Assembly: GCF_039654945.1 (NCBI RefSeq)
Contig: NW_027361982.1
Coordinates: 930,001-994,000 of the forward strand
DNA length: 64,000 bases
Origin: Dendrobates tinctorius
Lineage: Eukaryota
Reading direction: 5' to 3'
In this document: positions 35,360 to 48,898 of the stretch, piece by piece
Layout of the letters: each line of letters opens with the position of its first letter
Position numbering within the stretch: the first letter of the stretch is position 1
Made by a program: the position numbers and the translations under genes
The notes under the pieces: generated by a model
Database searches by the model: none
Told to the model about the DNA's origin: nothing
What the model saw: the letters and a program-made list of their open reading frames with translations, nothing else

Positions 35360-35973
35360 AGACTTCAGGCAGTCATTGCCAACAAAGGGTTTTCAACCAA
35401 GTACTAGAAATGAACATTTTATTTACAATTATTTAATCTGTCCAATTACTTTTGGTCTCTTTAAAAACAGGGTGGCACATGTTAAGGAGCTGAAACTCCT
35501 AAACCCTTCATCCAATATTAATGTGGATACCCTCAAATGAAAGCTGAAAGTCTGAACTTCAACTGCATCTGAATTGTTTTGTTTAAAATTCATTGTGGTA
35601 ATGTCTAGAACCAAAATTAGAAAAATGTTGTCTCTGTCCAAATATATATATATATATATATAGACCTAACTGTATGTTGCATGAGCCCGCACAGCCTCCC
35701 TATATATATACTGAATGACCCCACACAGCTCTATATGTGCTGCATGATCACCACACAGCCTCCCTATATATATATATACACTGCATGAGCCTCACACAGC
35801 CTCCCTATACTGTATATAGAGCGTGAGCCCCACACAGCCTCCCCATACCCTCAGATGAAAGCTGAAAGTCTGAACTTCAACTGCATCTGAATTGTTTTGT
35901 TTAAAATTCATTGTGGTAATGTCTAGAACCAAAATTAGAAAAATCCTGTCTCTGTCCAAATATATATGGAACT

Positions 35974-35978
<5 letters not shown>
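35360..35978. mobile_element. Tc1 terminal remnant with a locally duplicated ~135-bp end
   Basis: ATACCCTCA(A/G)ATGAAAGCTGAAAGTCTGAAC...TCTCTGTCCAAATATATAT occurs at ~35528 and ~35845. Confidence 0.6.
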
Positions 35979-36046
<68 letters not shown>

Positions 36047-36059
36047 CACACAGTATATA

Positions 36060-36301
36060 CTAGATGGTGGCCCGATTCTAACGCATCGGGTATTCTAGAA
36101 TATGTACAGGACTGTGCCTGTGTAATGAGCGACGCAGCAGTGATTCCTTTAACGGCTGTAATGTGCCTGTACAATTAGCGATGCGGCCGTGTTGCCGTGA
36201 CGACTAAGCGCCTGTCGCTGATTGGTCGCGGCAGTTAGCCCGCGACCAATCAGCGAGGCGGGATTTCCGTTACAGACAGAATTAGACAATTATATAGTAG
36301 A
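36060..36301 (-). mobile_element. Non-autonomous Helitron
   Basis: The minus strand starts 5'-TC and ends CTAG-3', with a CCCGAT/ATCGGG hairpin at 36071-36090 just before the end. It is inserted between A and T. Confidence 0.75.
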
Positions 36302-37509
36302 TATATATACATGTGTGTGGCTATATATATTACATAGTCTCCTTTATTATGTACAGTATATTGATATCCCTTATACAGTGCCCTCTTTTGTTATGTACAG
36401 TACTGTCCCTTACATATTGGATTATATAGAGTCCTGTCTTGTTAGCTGTATAATGCAATGATGGCTGTTGGAGCATGGGAAAGCTTCCTTTCTAATAGAG
36501 GAGCTTGATGGACTGGTAGTCTTGTGACCGGCTCTTCGATCAGCAGTCATTTTATATCTAAAAAGAGAGAGGACTGTGTTAGACATAATAAGTGAGTACA
36601 CTATATACTAAGGGACTGTGTTAGACATAATAAGCAATAATAATGTCTTGCTCCACCTCCCCCTGTTCCTAAGGCCATTATAAGTCCCCCTTCCTCCCAT
36701 CCCAATCCCCCACACCCCTCAATGTCCTCCTCCCCCGCATCCCATTATTGTCCTCTCCCCCACCCCATCATTGCCCTCTTCACCACCTCCATCATTGCCT
36801 TCTCCCCCACCACTATCTTTGCTTTCTCCCCCACCACTCCCCTCATTGCCCATTCCACCACCTCCATCGTTTTCTCCTCCCCCTTCACCCCCATCATTTC
36901 ATTTTTCCCCACCACCCCATTATTGCCCTTTCACCACCACCATCATTGCCTTCTCACCATCACCTCCATCATTGCTTTCTCCCTATCACCCCCATCATTG
37001 CCTTCATCACCGCCATCATTGCCTTCTCCTACACACACAGCATCATTGACCTCTCTGCATATTCCCCCACCGCGCTACGCATGCAAGCGTGCACACACAC
37101 CCCACCACTCATCTCTACACACACACACACACCACTTCTCACCTGTCCGCAGCATCACCGGTGGCCGCACTTCCTCGCTCTGGCACAGCGGCTAGCCGGC
37201 TGCTGAATGATGCCAGCAGCGCTGCTCTTTGTGTTACAGACAGGAAGCGCGGGCGCCGGGCAAGAAGCAGCATGGATCCTTGCAGCTCCGCTCCTGCTAT
37301 TTTCTCTTGTAGGCAGCGGAGCTGCTGGGATCGCTCCCTGCCTGTCGCACATGAGGGCAATCTGGCCAGGGGCCCCCCGGAGCCTCGGGCCCGGAGAAAC
37401 AGGCCAGATTGCCCTCATTATTAGCTGCCTTGCAAGGGCCCCCTGGAGCCTCCGGGCTCCGTTGCAGCCGCACTGGTTGAACCGGCGGTATGTCCGCCCA
37501 TGGAATTCC

Positions 37510-38430
37510 CCTCAATATACTGACCCCCCGATACACTGACCCCCCCAATATACCAACATCCCGATATACTGACCGCAATATTCTGACCTCCTGCAATATA
37601 CTGACCCCAATATACCGACCCACCCCCATCCTCATCCTCAATATACTGACCCCAATATACCAACCCCCGACATACTGACCGCAATACACTGACCCTGATA
37701 TACTGACCCCAATATACCGACCCCCCCCCCCCCATCCTCAATATACTGACCCCCTCGATATACTGACCCCGATATACTTACCAGCACCCCAATACATTTA
37801 CCCCCCTGATATATTGACCGCAATATATCGACTCCTGGGGTATATTGACCCCAATATGCCAACCCACCCCTGATATACTGACCCCCCCCCCCGATATACT
37901 GAGTCATGCTAGTCATTCTGAATGAGACTGGATGATAAGACATGATTTAACAGCAGAATAGTGACTGCAGCCCTTGAGGTGACTGGAGGATAAGACATGA
38001 TGTAACAGCAGATTAGTGACTGCAGCTTGGAGGTGACTGGAGGATAAGACAGGATGTAACAGCAGAATAGTGACTGCAGCTCTGAAGGTGACCGGAGGAT
38101 AAGAGATAATGGAACATCAGAATAGTGACTGCAGCTCTGGAGGTGACTGGAGAATAAGACGGAATGGAACTGTAGAATAGTGATTGCAGCTCTGGAGGAT
38201 AAGACAGGACGTAACAGCAGATTAGTGACTGCAGCTCGGGAGGTGACTGGAGGATAAGACAGGATGTAACAGCAGAATAGTGACTGCAGCTCTGAAGGTG
38301 ACTGGAGGATAAGAGAGAATGGAACAACAGAATAGTGACGGCAGCTCTGGAAGATAGACAGGAAGTAACAGCAGAATAGTGACTGCAGCTCTGGAGGTGA
38401 CTGTAGGACAGCGATTGCAGCTCTGGAGGC
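37510..38430. repeat. Two adjacent degenerate minisatellites (ATATACTGACCCC; CAGCAGAATAGTGACTGCAGCTCTGGAGGTGACTGGAGGATAAGAC)
   Basis: Tandem repeats visible in the sequence. Confidence 0.85.
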
Positions 38431-39469
38431 TATGTCCAGAGGAGAGGACACGATACCAGTGATTTGAAGGTCTTTAATACTCTGTGTCCGGCAGTGCCAG
38501 CCGCGCCTTCTGTGAAGGTGAATTATGTAACATGAACAGCTGAGGACGGAGCGTGTGACTAATATATATTTGTCCTGACCCCACGTGGTCGCTGTGTACA
38601 TTGTATGTACTGCAGTAATATGGCCCAGCCTGGAGGGGGCGCTATATGTGGGGTCAGATAGCTTCTCTATGTCCTCGCCTGTGGATGCTGCGCTCGTTTA
38701 CCTGCTGCGATATGAGCTGCATGTCGATCTGTTACCTGTTCAGTGAATGATCCCACAACCGCTGTTTATAGGCCAGACGTTACATAGTGCTTCCAGTCGC
38801 GGCCTGTGATTGGCTGGCAGGAGAGGCGGTGCACATCTGGCGCTGATTCATGCGGCTCACATGTGGTTCGTACATTCTGATCTTGGCGGCAGAACCTGGA
38901 AATGTTATAATGAGACGGGTACGGCACAATCCTACATAATGCACATCATACAGTATATCAGTATCCTGCTTCAGGGTTCATACTACCATACCGTGCACAG
39001 CACCCACAGTGTGCAAATTACTACCCCTCAGTGTGGAGCTGTACGGCATCGGGTGCCAGCAGTCTGTAGCGCTCCCTCCCTAGGGCGCCTGATTCTCCCA
39101 CTGTGGCCATACCGGTTAGACATCCTGACAGCTGACCCCGGCCACACCAACCTCTCTTGTTTGTCACAATGTATCGGTGCAGTAGGACTGTTTTATTCTC
39201 CATAAAGCTGACCTAAAACATTTCAGTGGCCAAAATCAGGACATTTAAAGGGATTGTCCATGGCTCAGACCGGTCGACTTTAGGGAGACCGAATGTGGAC
39301 ACTGTGCGGGGGACATTATACTGACCGGGGAGCATATGATGAGTCACATGATCCATAATCCATCACAGGCCTGAAATACAGGCGAGGTCTCAATGGAGAC
39401 GATTACGTCTTCTTTTGTGAGTCACCATGGAAACCGAGAGAGGGGGGGGAAAGGTGAAAAATGCACCTA

Positions 39470-40470
39470 GGCCCGACATTGCCATTTCTGTGTGTGGTTC
39501 CACCATTTCCCCCCAGCAACATGCCCGCTGTCTTGGGGTCATACTTGACTCTGAGCTTTCCTTTGCCCCCCACATTCGATCACTGGCTCGCTCTTGTCAT
39601 CTGCACCTCAAAAACATTTCTAGAATTCGACCTTTTCTTACTTTTGACTCTGCAAAAACTATGACTGTTTCTCTTATTCATTCTCGTCTCGACTATTGTA
39701 ACTCTCTTCTAATCGATCTCCCTCTTACCAAACTCTCCCCCCTCCAATCTGTCTTGAATGCTGCAGCCAGGATCATATTCCTCGCCAATCGTTACACCGA
39801 TGCCTCTACCTTGTGCCAGTCATTACACTGGTTACCCATCCACTCCAGAACAGTATAAACTTATTACCCCCCCCCTCAAAGCACTCCATGGCTCAGCACC
39901 ACCCTACATCTCCTCCCTCGTCTCAGCCTACCACCCTAACTGTGCCCTCCATTCTGCTAATGACCTGAGGTTAGCATCCTCAATAATCAGAGACGAGAGT
40001 GGGATGTTCTAAGACTTTTCACGTGCTGCGCCAATTCTTTGGAATGCACTACCCAGGTTACTACGATTAATCCCCAATCCCCACAATTTTAAGGGTGCCC
40101 TAAAAACGCATTTATTCAGACTGGCCTACCGCCTCAACACATTAACCTAATCTATCCCTGGGTGGCACAGCCAAAAGTTTTACCATAACCAGGTTTCCCG
40201 CATCATGTTCCCACATGCTTTATGCATCCATTAGCCCTCTGTGTCTGTACTGATACACACTTAACATTATGGCTGGTCCATACAATCAGGGCAACTGTTA
40301 CCACCCACCTTTCGTGTCTACCTCTTTCCTCATAGACTGTAAGCTTGCGAGCAGGGCCCTCATTCCTCTTGGTATTTGTTATAATCTATGTGATTATTAT
40401 TATGCTGTAATGTCTATTGTCTGTACAAATCCCCTCCGAAATGTAAAGTGCTGCAGAATATGTCGGCGCC
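39470..40470 (+). mobile_element. L2-type LINE 3' fragment
   Basis: LGVILDSELSFAPHI...SRLDYCNSLL...LQSVLNAAAR...LHWLP, ending in a GTAAAGTGCTGC... tail. Confidence 0.85.
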
Positions 40471-41379
40471 ATGATGTAACCTGTGGAAGCGCCTCTGCTG
40501 CGCGAAACGATCGTCGTTGCTATTTCCTTCTTGCACCCGTTCTCCCGCTGATATACTTTTATAATAAAGCCTTGACTACATTACCCGGTGAGTGCCGTTC
40601 CTTTCTACAATTTTTTCTATAGAAATAAAATTTATTGTTGTTATTATTAAAAATGACCCTGAGACTTCTCAGCAGGAGGAGCAGTAACAGGTTTCCTGCT
40701 TCATCCTCAGGGGTCCGGTCGCTGCTTTTCTGGATGAGCCGCCCGTGACAAGATCCAAAACCAGAATATCGGGATAGACTGGGGTGTCGGGATTCCCAGG
40801 ATCGGACCATTAACCCCATGCTGCCTGTCAGACCCCCCCATAAACAATATATAAACAAGGAATGGTTTCATTCACTGACAGCAAGTAGAGATCTTTAAAA
40901 TGATGCAAAGCTAAATTATTAGAAAGTCGTAGATCTTTTTAATATTACAATCGTGAATCCGTCATTTGTAGAAAACTGACTGCCGGCCCTTCCACTGTAG
41001 CTTGGGACCTCTGCATCACAGATGGAGGGCACAAGTAATGACAGCACAGCGAGCACAAGGGTCTTACATTCAGTAGGACCAGATGAGCGGGCAAGGGTCA
41101 CTATGTGCCAGATAATTACATGCACATGTGGGGCAGGGAGCGCCCAAAAGATCACACTACTAAAGACCCATAATAGTCGGGGGTCCTGTTGGAGAGTTTG
41201 TATTGGGGTCCGTGAGTTTCTGGTTTCACCACTGCCCTATGACTGCAGGAAAATGCCAAGGGGCCACTGCCAGCACACGGCCCGCGAGATCAAGTCCAAG
41301 TACCAGTGGGGTTAAATAAGGTCAAGATGCAGGAAATAAGAGACTGGGCCGACACATGACACGAGAAGGATAGAGTAGG

Positions 41380-42670
41380 GCGAGTGCCAGCAGTGGAGGG
41401 TGTGGGGTACAGAGGGTGAATGCCTGCAGCTGATGGTATGGGGGACAGAGGGTGAGTACCTGCAGCAGATGGTATGGGGTACAGAGGGACAGAGGGTGAG
41501 TACCTGCAGCAGATGGTATGGGGTACAGAGGGTGTGTGTCAGCAGCAGATGGTGCAGAGCACAGAGCGAAAACCAGTAGGAAGGGGTGCTGGGTACAGAG
41601 AACGAGTGCCAGCAGCAGAAGGTGTTGGGTAGAGAGGGCAATTGCCAGCAGCAGAGGGTGCGGGGTACAGAGGATTATTGCCAGCAGCAGAGGGTGCGGG
41701 GTACGGTGGGCTATTGCCAGCAGCGCAGGGTGGGAGGTACAGAGGGCGGTTGCCAGCAGCGGAGGGTGTGAGGTACAGAGGGCGATTGCCAGCATTGGGG
41801 GGTGCGGGTACAGAGGGCGATTGCCAGCAGGGGAGGGTGTGGGTACAGAGGGCGATTGCCAGCAGCAGAGGGTGCGGGGTATGGTGGGCTACTGCCAGCA
41901 GCGCAGGGTGCGAGGTACAGAGGGAGATTGCCAGCAGCGGAGGGTGCGAGGTACAGAGGGCGATTGCCAGCAGCGGAGGGTGCGAGGTACAGAGGGCGAT
42001 TGCCAGCATCGGGGGGTGCGGGTACAGAGGGCGATTGCCAGCAGGGGAGGGTGTGGGTACAGAGGGCGATTGCCAGCAGCAGAGGGTGCGGGGTATGGTG
42101 GGCTACTGCCAGCAGCGCAGGGTGCGAGGTACAGAGGGCGATTGCCAGCAGCGGAGGGTGCGAGGTACAGAGGGCGATTGCCAGCAGCGGAGGGTGCGAG
42201 GTACAGAGGGCGATTGCCAGCAGCGGAGGGTGCGAGGTACAGAGGGCGATTGCCAGCATCGGGGGGTGCGGGTACAGAGGGCGATTGCCAGCAGGGGAGG
42301 GTGCGGGTACAGAGGGCGATTGCCAGCAGCAGAGGGTGCGGGGTACAAAGGGTGAGTGCCAGCAGCAGATGGTGCAGAGCACAGAAAGCGAAAACCAGTA
42401 GGAAGGGGTGCTGGGTACAGAGAACGAGTGCCAGCAGCAGAGGGTGTGGGGTACAGAGGGAAAGTGCCAGTAGCAGAGGGTTTGAGGTACAGAGGGGGAG
42501 TGCCTGCAGCAGATGCTATGGGGTACAGAGGGTGAGTGCCAGTAGCAGATGGTGCAGAGCACAGAGAGCAAAGAACCAACAGTAGAGGGTGTGTGGTACA
42601 GGGCTAGTGCCATCAGAGGATGGTGCGGGGTACAGAGGGCCATGCCGGCAGCGGAGGGTGTGGGGGTAAG
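41380..42670. repeat. ~37-bp G-rich minisatellite (GGTACAGAGGGCGATTGCCAGCAGCGGAGGGTGCGA) with higher-order duplication
   Basis: Tandem variants, with a block of variant units repeated about every 220-260 bp. Confidence 0.92.
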
Positions 42671-44564
42671 AAGTACGTACAGAAAGCACCTATCATCACT
42701 CGCTGTGAGGGCCGGTGCCAGGCCTGAGGGGCAGATTACACAGGGGATTATTGTGGAGCAGTTGGCAGGCCATGGCACGGGGTGTGGTGTTCTGTTCTTA
42801 GCAGGATTCCATGGCTCCTCTTATGGGGATTGTGAGATATTTGCTTTTACTTAGTTGCAGTGTTAAAGGGCCAGGGGGATATTTGTCCGGCGGGTGCCCC
42901 CCGTGGTTACAGCGGCCGGAGGGGAATGTTTGGGTCTCCTTATGTGCACTTGTGGTGTAGGCGAACAGATACCACGTTTGTGCCCGTTGACTGGCACATT
43001 GCAGTCGTCTCTGTGCAGCAGCGCGGGCGGTGGCGTCACCCTGTAATGAGCCGCTTGGGTTATTATCCCAGGATTTCTGAAAATCTCCCTGGAGGCTACA
43101 AATCTGGAGCTTTACAGGGAGCGTCCTCGTGTCTGGCGGCAGACATTCCCGCCAGGACCCCCCGCCGCCGCTGCATATATATCAGGCGAACGCCACTATG
43201 AGAACACATCACTGCGCAGGCGGCTGCGTACCTGGCGTATAACAGTAATCTGCCCAACCACATGAGCAACAGCAAGTGAAAGAGATCAGTAAACAGCAGA
43301 CGTGGCCGTACGGGTCGTGAGCTTGCAGGCACAAGGGTTAATATCCTGCACTTAGTGTTAAGGAACCTGGCAAAGACGTGGGGCATAGAAAAAGGGAGTG
43401 GCTTATATTTTACTCCTACTGAAGAAAGTGGCTTATATTTTACTCCTACTGAAGAAAAAGCAAGGGGAGAGGCTCCTGCTGCAGCCAGTTGCCCCGTTTT
43501 GTGGCCTTTATGTCACAGTAATATAGTAGCACTGTATGGCAGTATTATTTCTGTGCTGTGTGGTGGTATTATCACTGATGTACTGCAGGCAATGTTATTT
43601 CAGCTCTGAATGGCGGCTTTAGGCGGTATTGTACAGTTTGGTATCGCTCATTGCTGCTTCGCTCACTTTTATCGTTTTGTTATTCTTGACACTTTTCCCC
43701 TTTGCTCTGGATTCAGTTCAGATCAGACGTCCGGAGTCGTCACGTCTGCATTTCATATTAAATATAACCCCCAGCCGCCATGACATCTGCTGGGGGTTAT
43801 AGTCCTATGGTGATGGATGCCATCTGGATCAGCGCTGATTGATCATCCGCTACAAATAAATTCAACTAAAAATAACCTGATTCCAGGAGACAAAGGGGTG
43901 GAGCTATGCAAATCGGCTCAAATAAGAGCGACACGTTTATGTGGGGGTCACTAGACCACAGGGATCGACGAACCAAAGTGCCATCATGCCTGGCTTTATA
44001 TCTGCTGCAGAAGAACCACAAGTCCCAGCCAATCATGCCAATAGTCCAATACATTGCAAGGAGAGAGAACAAAAATGTGTCACTGTCCCCCAGCGCTCAT
44101 CCATTCCATCTTCCAGGTATAATCCTGGGGTCTTCTCTGGGGGCAGAGGGGGATTTAGGCCCCAGGGTCCATGTGACACCTGCCCCCGATCGTGGCTCCT
44201 CTGTCGTTGATAGACATCACAGTATATAGTACAAGCGATCAAGTATTTGCAGGTTAAAGTCCCTTATGGGCACTACAGCAAAGTAAGAAAAAAATAAGTT
44301 TTTTAAAAATGTTAAGGACAATAAAAATTGGCTTTTTCTCATCTATAATGAACACATTGAAAAAAATGAATAAATAAGAATTTATCATATTGGGGGATCA
44401 CCGCGTCCCTAAAAGTCCGATCTATGAAAAGATAACATTTAACTCATAAGGGTAAAGTCCTTCTAAAGAAAAAAAAGTTCCAACAACAACATTTTGGTGG
44501 AGGCACCTCACCCAAAAATGCAATAAAAAGAGGAAAAAAAGGATAAGTGCGGCTGGAATGGGTT

Positions 44565-44736
44565 AAGAGGGGCGTGGTCCTGCTTACACCCCCAGCACAC
44601 CCCTCAGTGGTGACAGAGGCCACGCCCCCTCAGTATAAGAGCCACCCGGCTAGTTCACACTCGCTGTAGACGCGGCAGCGCGCGGTTCCCCGACACGTGC
44701 GGACCTCCGGCTTATAAAGACACGTGTCCCGGCATC
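44565..44736 (+). promoter_or_regulatory. slc1a5 proximal promoter / 5'UTR (GC boxes, E-boxes, TATA-like)
   Basis: GGGGCGTGG at ~44569, CCACGCCCC at ~44620, TATAAGA at ~44634, and two CACGTG E-boxes at ~44694 and ~44721. Confidence 0.55.
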
Positions 44737-47700
44737 ATGAAGGAATGTAACGGAGGAGACCCGCCGGTGCCCCCCGGCCTGCACCGACCCCAGAAGGACT
44801 CCGCCTCTTGCTGCGCCCGCACCCGGCGCTTCCTCGGCGGCAATGCCCTGGTGCTGCTGACCGTGGCCGGGGTGCTGGTGGGCGCGGCGCTGGGGATGGG
44901 AGTCCGGCAGCTGGAGCTGAATGCCGCGCAGATCTCCCGCTTCTCGTTCCCCGGGGAGCTGCTGCTGCGGCTGCTGAAGATGATCATCCTGCCGCTGGTG
45001 GTCTGCAGCCTGGTGTCCGGCGCCGCCTCCCTGCAGCCCTCCGCCCTGGGGAAGCTCGGCGGCTGGGCGCTGCTCTTCTTCCTGGTCACCACCCTGCTCG
45101 CCTCCGGCCTGGGGGTCTGCCTGGCGCTGCTCATCCGACCCGGGGACGGGGCTGAGGCCAAGCTGGGGAAAGAGGGCGACATCCCGGAGAAGAAGGAGGT
45201 GGTGGACTCGTTCTTGGACCTCATCCGGTAAGTTACGGGGGCCGGAGGGAGCTGTGGGGCGATGGGCCGGGGGGAGAGCTGTGGGGCGATGGGCCGGGGG
45301 GAGAGCTGTGGGGCGATGGGCCGGGGGGAGAGCTGTGGGGCGATGGGCCGGGGGGAGAGCTGTGGGGCGATGGGCCGGGGGGAGAGCTGTGGGGCGATGG
45401 GCCGGGGGGAGAGCTGTGGGGCCGGGGGCCGGGGGGAGAGCTGTGGGGCCGGGGGCCGGAGGGAGAGCTGTGGGGCCGGGGGGGAGAGCTGTGGGGCCGG
45501 GGGGGAGAGCTGTGGGGCCGGGGGGGAGAGCTGTGGGGCCGGGGGGGAGAGCTGTGGGGCCGGGGGGGAGAGCTGTGGGGCCGGGGGGGAGAGCTGTGGG
45601 GCCGGAGGGAGAGCTGTGGGGCCGGAGGGAGAGCTGTGGGGCCGGGGGGAGAGCTGTGGAGAGACCTGTCCCATCGGGTGTAGAGGATGGGGGTAACAGA
45701 TGGGAGTTGTGGGGTGTTCATAAGAGAAGGCTCCAGGAGGTGTTAGGTAGGGGCTGTGCTCCCCCCATGTGCCGGGCTCCCCTCACACATCCTCTGTATT
45801 GAGCTGATGCAATGTTGACTGTGGATTGTGTGAGACACGTGGAGGGGCATGGCCCTGGTGACATCGCTGTCCCTCCCCGTTTTTTTGTTTCCGTGCGTCA
45901 CTCCTGGTCTCTGCTTAGAGTGCGGGTTTTCCTCCTGATGTCAGAGCCTCCCCACAGCGAGCGGGAATCCGGCCTCTGCCGCCTCATTACATGCTGTTAT
46001 TATTGTGTCTAGTTGCTATGGAGACATGTGGGGGGGCAGACATGTCTGATTTTCGTCTTCTCTCCACAGAAACATCTTCCCTTCGAACTTGGTGTCGGCC
46101 GCCTTCCAGTCGGTGAGTGTGGTGTGGCCCCCGAGCTGCGGGTGGGCTGTAGTGGCAGCTCCTCCGGGCGGCAGAGATGTGACCTGTGCGTTTCTCTTGC
46201 AGTACTCCACCTCCTATAACTGGGAATACCTCAATGGTTCCCGCGCCGACGTCAACGTGTCCGAGGCCGCAGACATGAACAGTACGGTACAGGTGAGCGG
46301 TCGCAGCCATCATCCTCGGCCGTCGCCCACCCTCGTGCACCCCTCTGTCTGGGTCTCACAGTTTGTGTCCTCTAGGTGCCCTACGGTAAAGAGGTGGAGG
46401 GCATGAACATCCTGGGCCTGGTGGTCTTCGCCATTGTCTTCGGGGTTGCGCTGCGCAAGTTGGGGGAAGAGGGAGAGATTCTCATCAAGTTCTTCAACTC
46501 CTTTAATGAGGCCACGATGGTGCTGGTGACCTGGATCATGTGGTAGGTGCCGAAGACGTGGCCGCTGCTCAGGCAGTCACTGCCGCCCGCTAACGGTCTG
46601 TCCGCTTCCCAGGTACGCGCCACTTGGTATCATGTTCCTGGTGGCTGGAAAGATTGTGGAGATGGAAGACGTGGTGCAGCTGTTCACCAGCCTGGGCAAG
46701 TACATCTGCTGCTGCCTCGTGGGCCACGCCATCCATGGCCTCATCGTCCTGCCACTCATCTACTTCGCCTTCACCAGGAAGAACCCTTACCGCTTTCTCT
46801 GGGGAATCATCAGTGCTCTCGCCACAGCGTTTGGAACATCTTCTAGGTGAGGTTGTCAAGGATGTGTATACACAGCAGAATAGTGAGTGCAGCTCTGGGG
46901 TATAATACAGGATGTAACTCAGGATCAGTAATGTAATGTATGTACACAGTGACTGCACCAGCAGAATAGTGAGTGCAGTCTGGAGTATAATACAGGCTGT
47001 AACTCAGGATCAGTAATGTATGTACACAGTGACTGCACCAGCAGAATAGTGAGTGCAGCTCTGGAGTATAATACAGGATGTAACTCAGGATCAGTAATGT
47101 ATGTACATAGTGAGTGCAGCTATGGGGTATAATACAGGATGTAACTCAGGATCAGTAATGTATGTACACAGTGACTGCACCAGCAGAATAGTGAGTGCAG
47201 CTCTGGAGTATAAAACAGGAGGTAACTCAGGATCAGTAATGTATTTACACAGTGACTGCACCAGCAGAATAGTGAGTGCTTCCCTGGAGTATAATACAGG
47301 ATGTAACTCAGGATCAGTAACGTAATGTATGTACACAGTGACTGCACCAGCAGAATAGTGAGTGCAGCTCTGGAGTTTTATCCTGATGTAATCGCACTTG
47401 TTTAGTTGTCCATGCATAGTGTTATGATGTGGGAGCTGTAGTGTTAATTCCTCTGCTCTTCCTTTAGCTCGGCTACCCTCCCTCTGATGATGAAATGTGT
47501 AGAAGAAAGAAATGGCGTTTCGAAACAGATCAGCAGATTCATCCTCCCGATCGGTGCCACAGTTAACATGGATGGCGCTGCATTATTCCAGTGTGTGGCA
47601 GCCGTCTTCATTGCGCAGCTTAATAACCACCCCCTGGACTTCATCCAGATCATCACCATCCTGTGAGTGCGGCTCCTGGAGCGGCTTCTCTCCTGACCAG

Positions 47701-48898
47701 GGGGCCATATATCTGGCTCTGACCTTTTCTCTTGGCCTTCTCTCAGGGTCACGGCCACAGCGTCCAGTGTGGGGGCTGCGGGGATTCCGGCAGGTGGAGT
47801 CCTGACACTCGCTATCATTCTTGAGGCGGTGGGGCTGCCCACTAACGACATCTCCCTCATCCTGGCTGTGGACTGGTTGGTGTAAGTATCGGCCTCTTGT
47901 CTCTACTGGTTTGGTTTGTAGCTGAGGGCCGAGCTCTGCTGTGACGAGGACGGCTGTGGGAGTGGCTGCTGTAATCTGACACATGGGTGGAAATAATCCA
48001 CATTAGTCAACACCGGCCACAAGTTGAAATGTAAAAATGTTCATTACCTGTTAGGGGTGGAAATGATTCTTTAAAGCACCTTAATCACCTGGGCCAAAGC
48101 TGCATTGTGACTATGTATGACGCTTCAGAGCTGCCCTCAGTATTCTGCAGCTTCAAAGTTAAAATCTGGCATTGCGTGTGTTTTCAGAGAGCAAAGGTAT
48201 ATAATAACAATGAAGTAAATATAAGACTCTAGACTCATCCAGTATCCACAACACAGGGCTGTAGTGGGAGAGCTATAGAGTCCAGCACTGCTCGCTGACA
48301 GTCCCAATACCTAGACATAAGTCTGGTCTGAATGTGACCAAGGTTTTGGATAAGGCTGCTTCTAATCTAAGCACTCTTAAACACAAGGGTGAATGCCACC
48401 AGATCTTCATGTGTTGGTTGAGAATGTGATATACATCCAGGACTAGACGCTGTAATCTGGTCAAAATTCTGGATGACTGTATCCTGGTCCATAGAGGACC
48501 CTGCCTGCCCCTTAGCTGTTACTTGTTCACAAACTTGCTGTTTTCAAACAACCAGCAGCAGTGGGAGTTCAGCTCTGGAGTATAATAAATCTGTGAAGTG
48601 TGCAGGCATGAGTCTGAGTGCTCTGCCTTGTTCCCCTTCTTTGACCGCCACTATACTAACTCCATTTTTGTTTTTCTCCAGTGACCGCACTTGTACGATT
48701 CTGAATGTAGAGGGAGATGCATTTGGTGCAGGCCTTCTGCAGGTTTATAGCGACCGGACCGCAAAAAACGGCGGTGAAGACGTGGCCTTAACGTCGGTAC
48801 GAGTGGTGGAGGATCATCCAGAAGGCAACCCCCTCCTGAAGGACACATGTGTGGTGGTGGACGGCTACAGCCCTTCAGAGAAGGAGTCCACCATGTGA
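44737..48898 (+). CDS. slc1a5: Neutral amino acid transporter ASCT2, 523 aa; exons 44737-45227, 46070-46112, 46203-46292, 46376-46542, 46613-46846, 47468-47662, 47747-47881, 48682-48898
   Basis: [56 protein letters not shown] (Cys as in ASCT2) and C-terminal SEKESTM. All introns are GT-AG. The CDS totals 1572 nt in frame. Synteny with ap2s1 and fkrp supports the call. Confidence 0.95.
45238..45660. repeat. G-rich 21-27-bp minisatellite at the start of slc1a5 intron 1
   Basis: GGGGGGAGAGCTGTGGGGC(GATGGG)CC tandem copies. Confidence 0.92.
46865..47380. repeat. ~80-bp satellite-like repeat in slc1a5 intron 5
   Basis: Tandem CAGCAGAATAGTGAGTGCAGCTCTGGAGTATAATACAGGATGTAACTCAGGATCAGTAATG. Confidence 0.92.

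Noticed and set aside
41518-42778. Long ORFs on both strands (also 44712-45802 apart from slc1a5 exon 1)
   Set aside because: They derive from minisatellite sequence.
44737-48898. slc1a4 (ASCT1) or an EAAT glutamate transporter
   Set aside because: DRTCT with Cys at the selectivity position, the SEKESTM tail and linkage to ap2s1/fkrp all indicate slc1a5.
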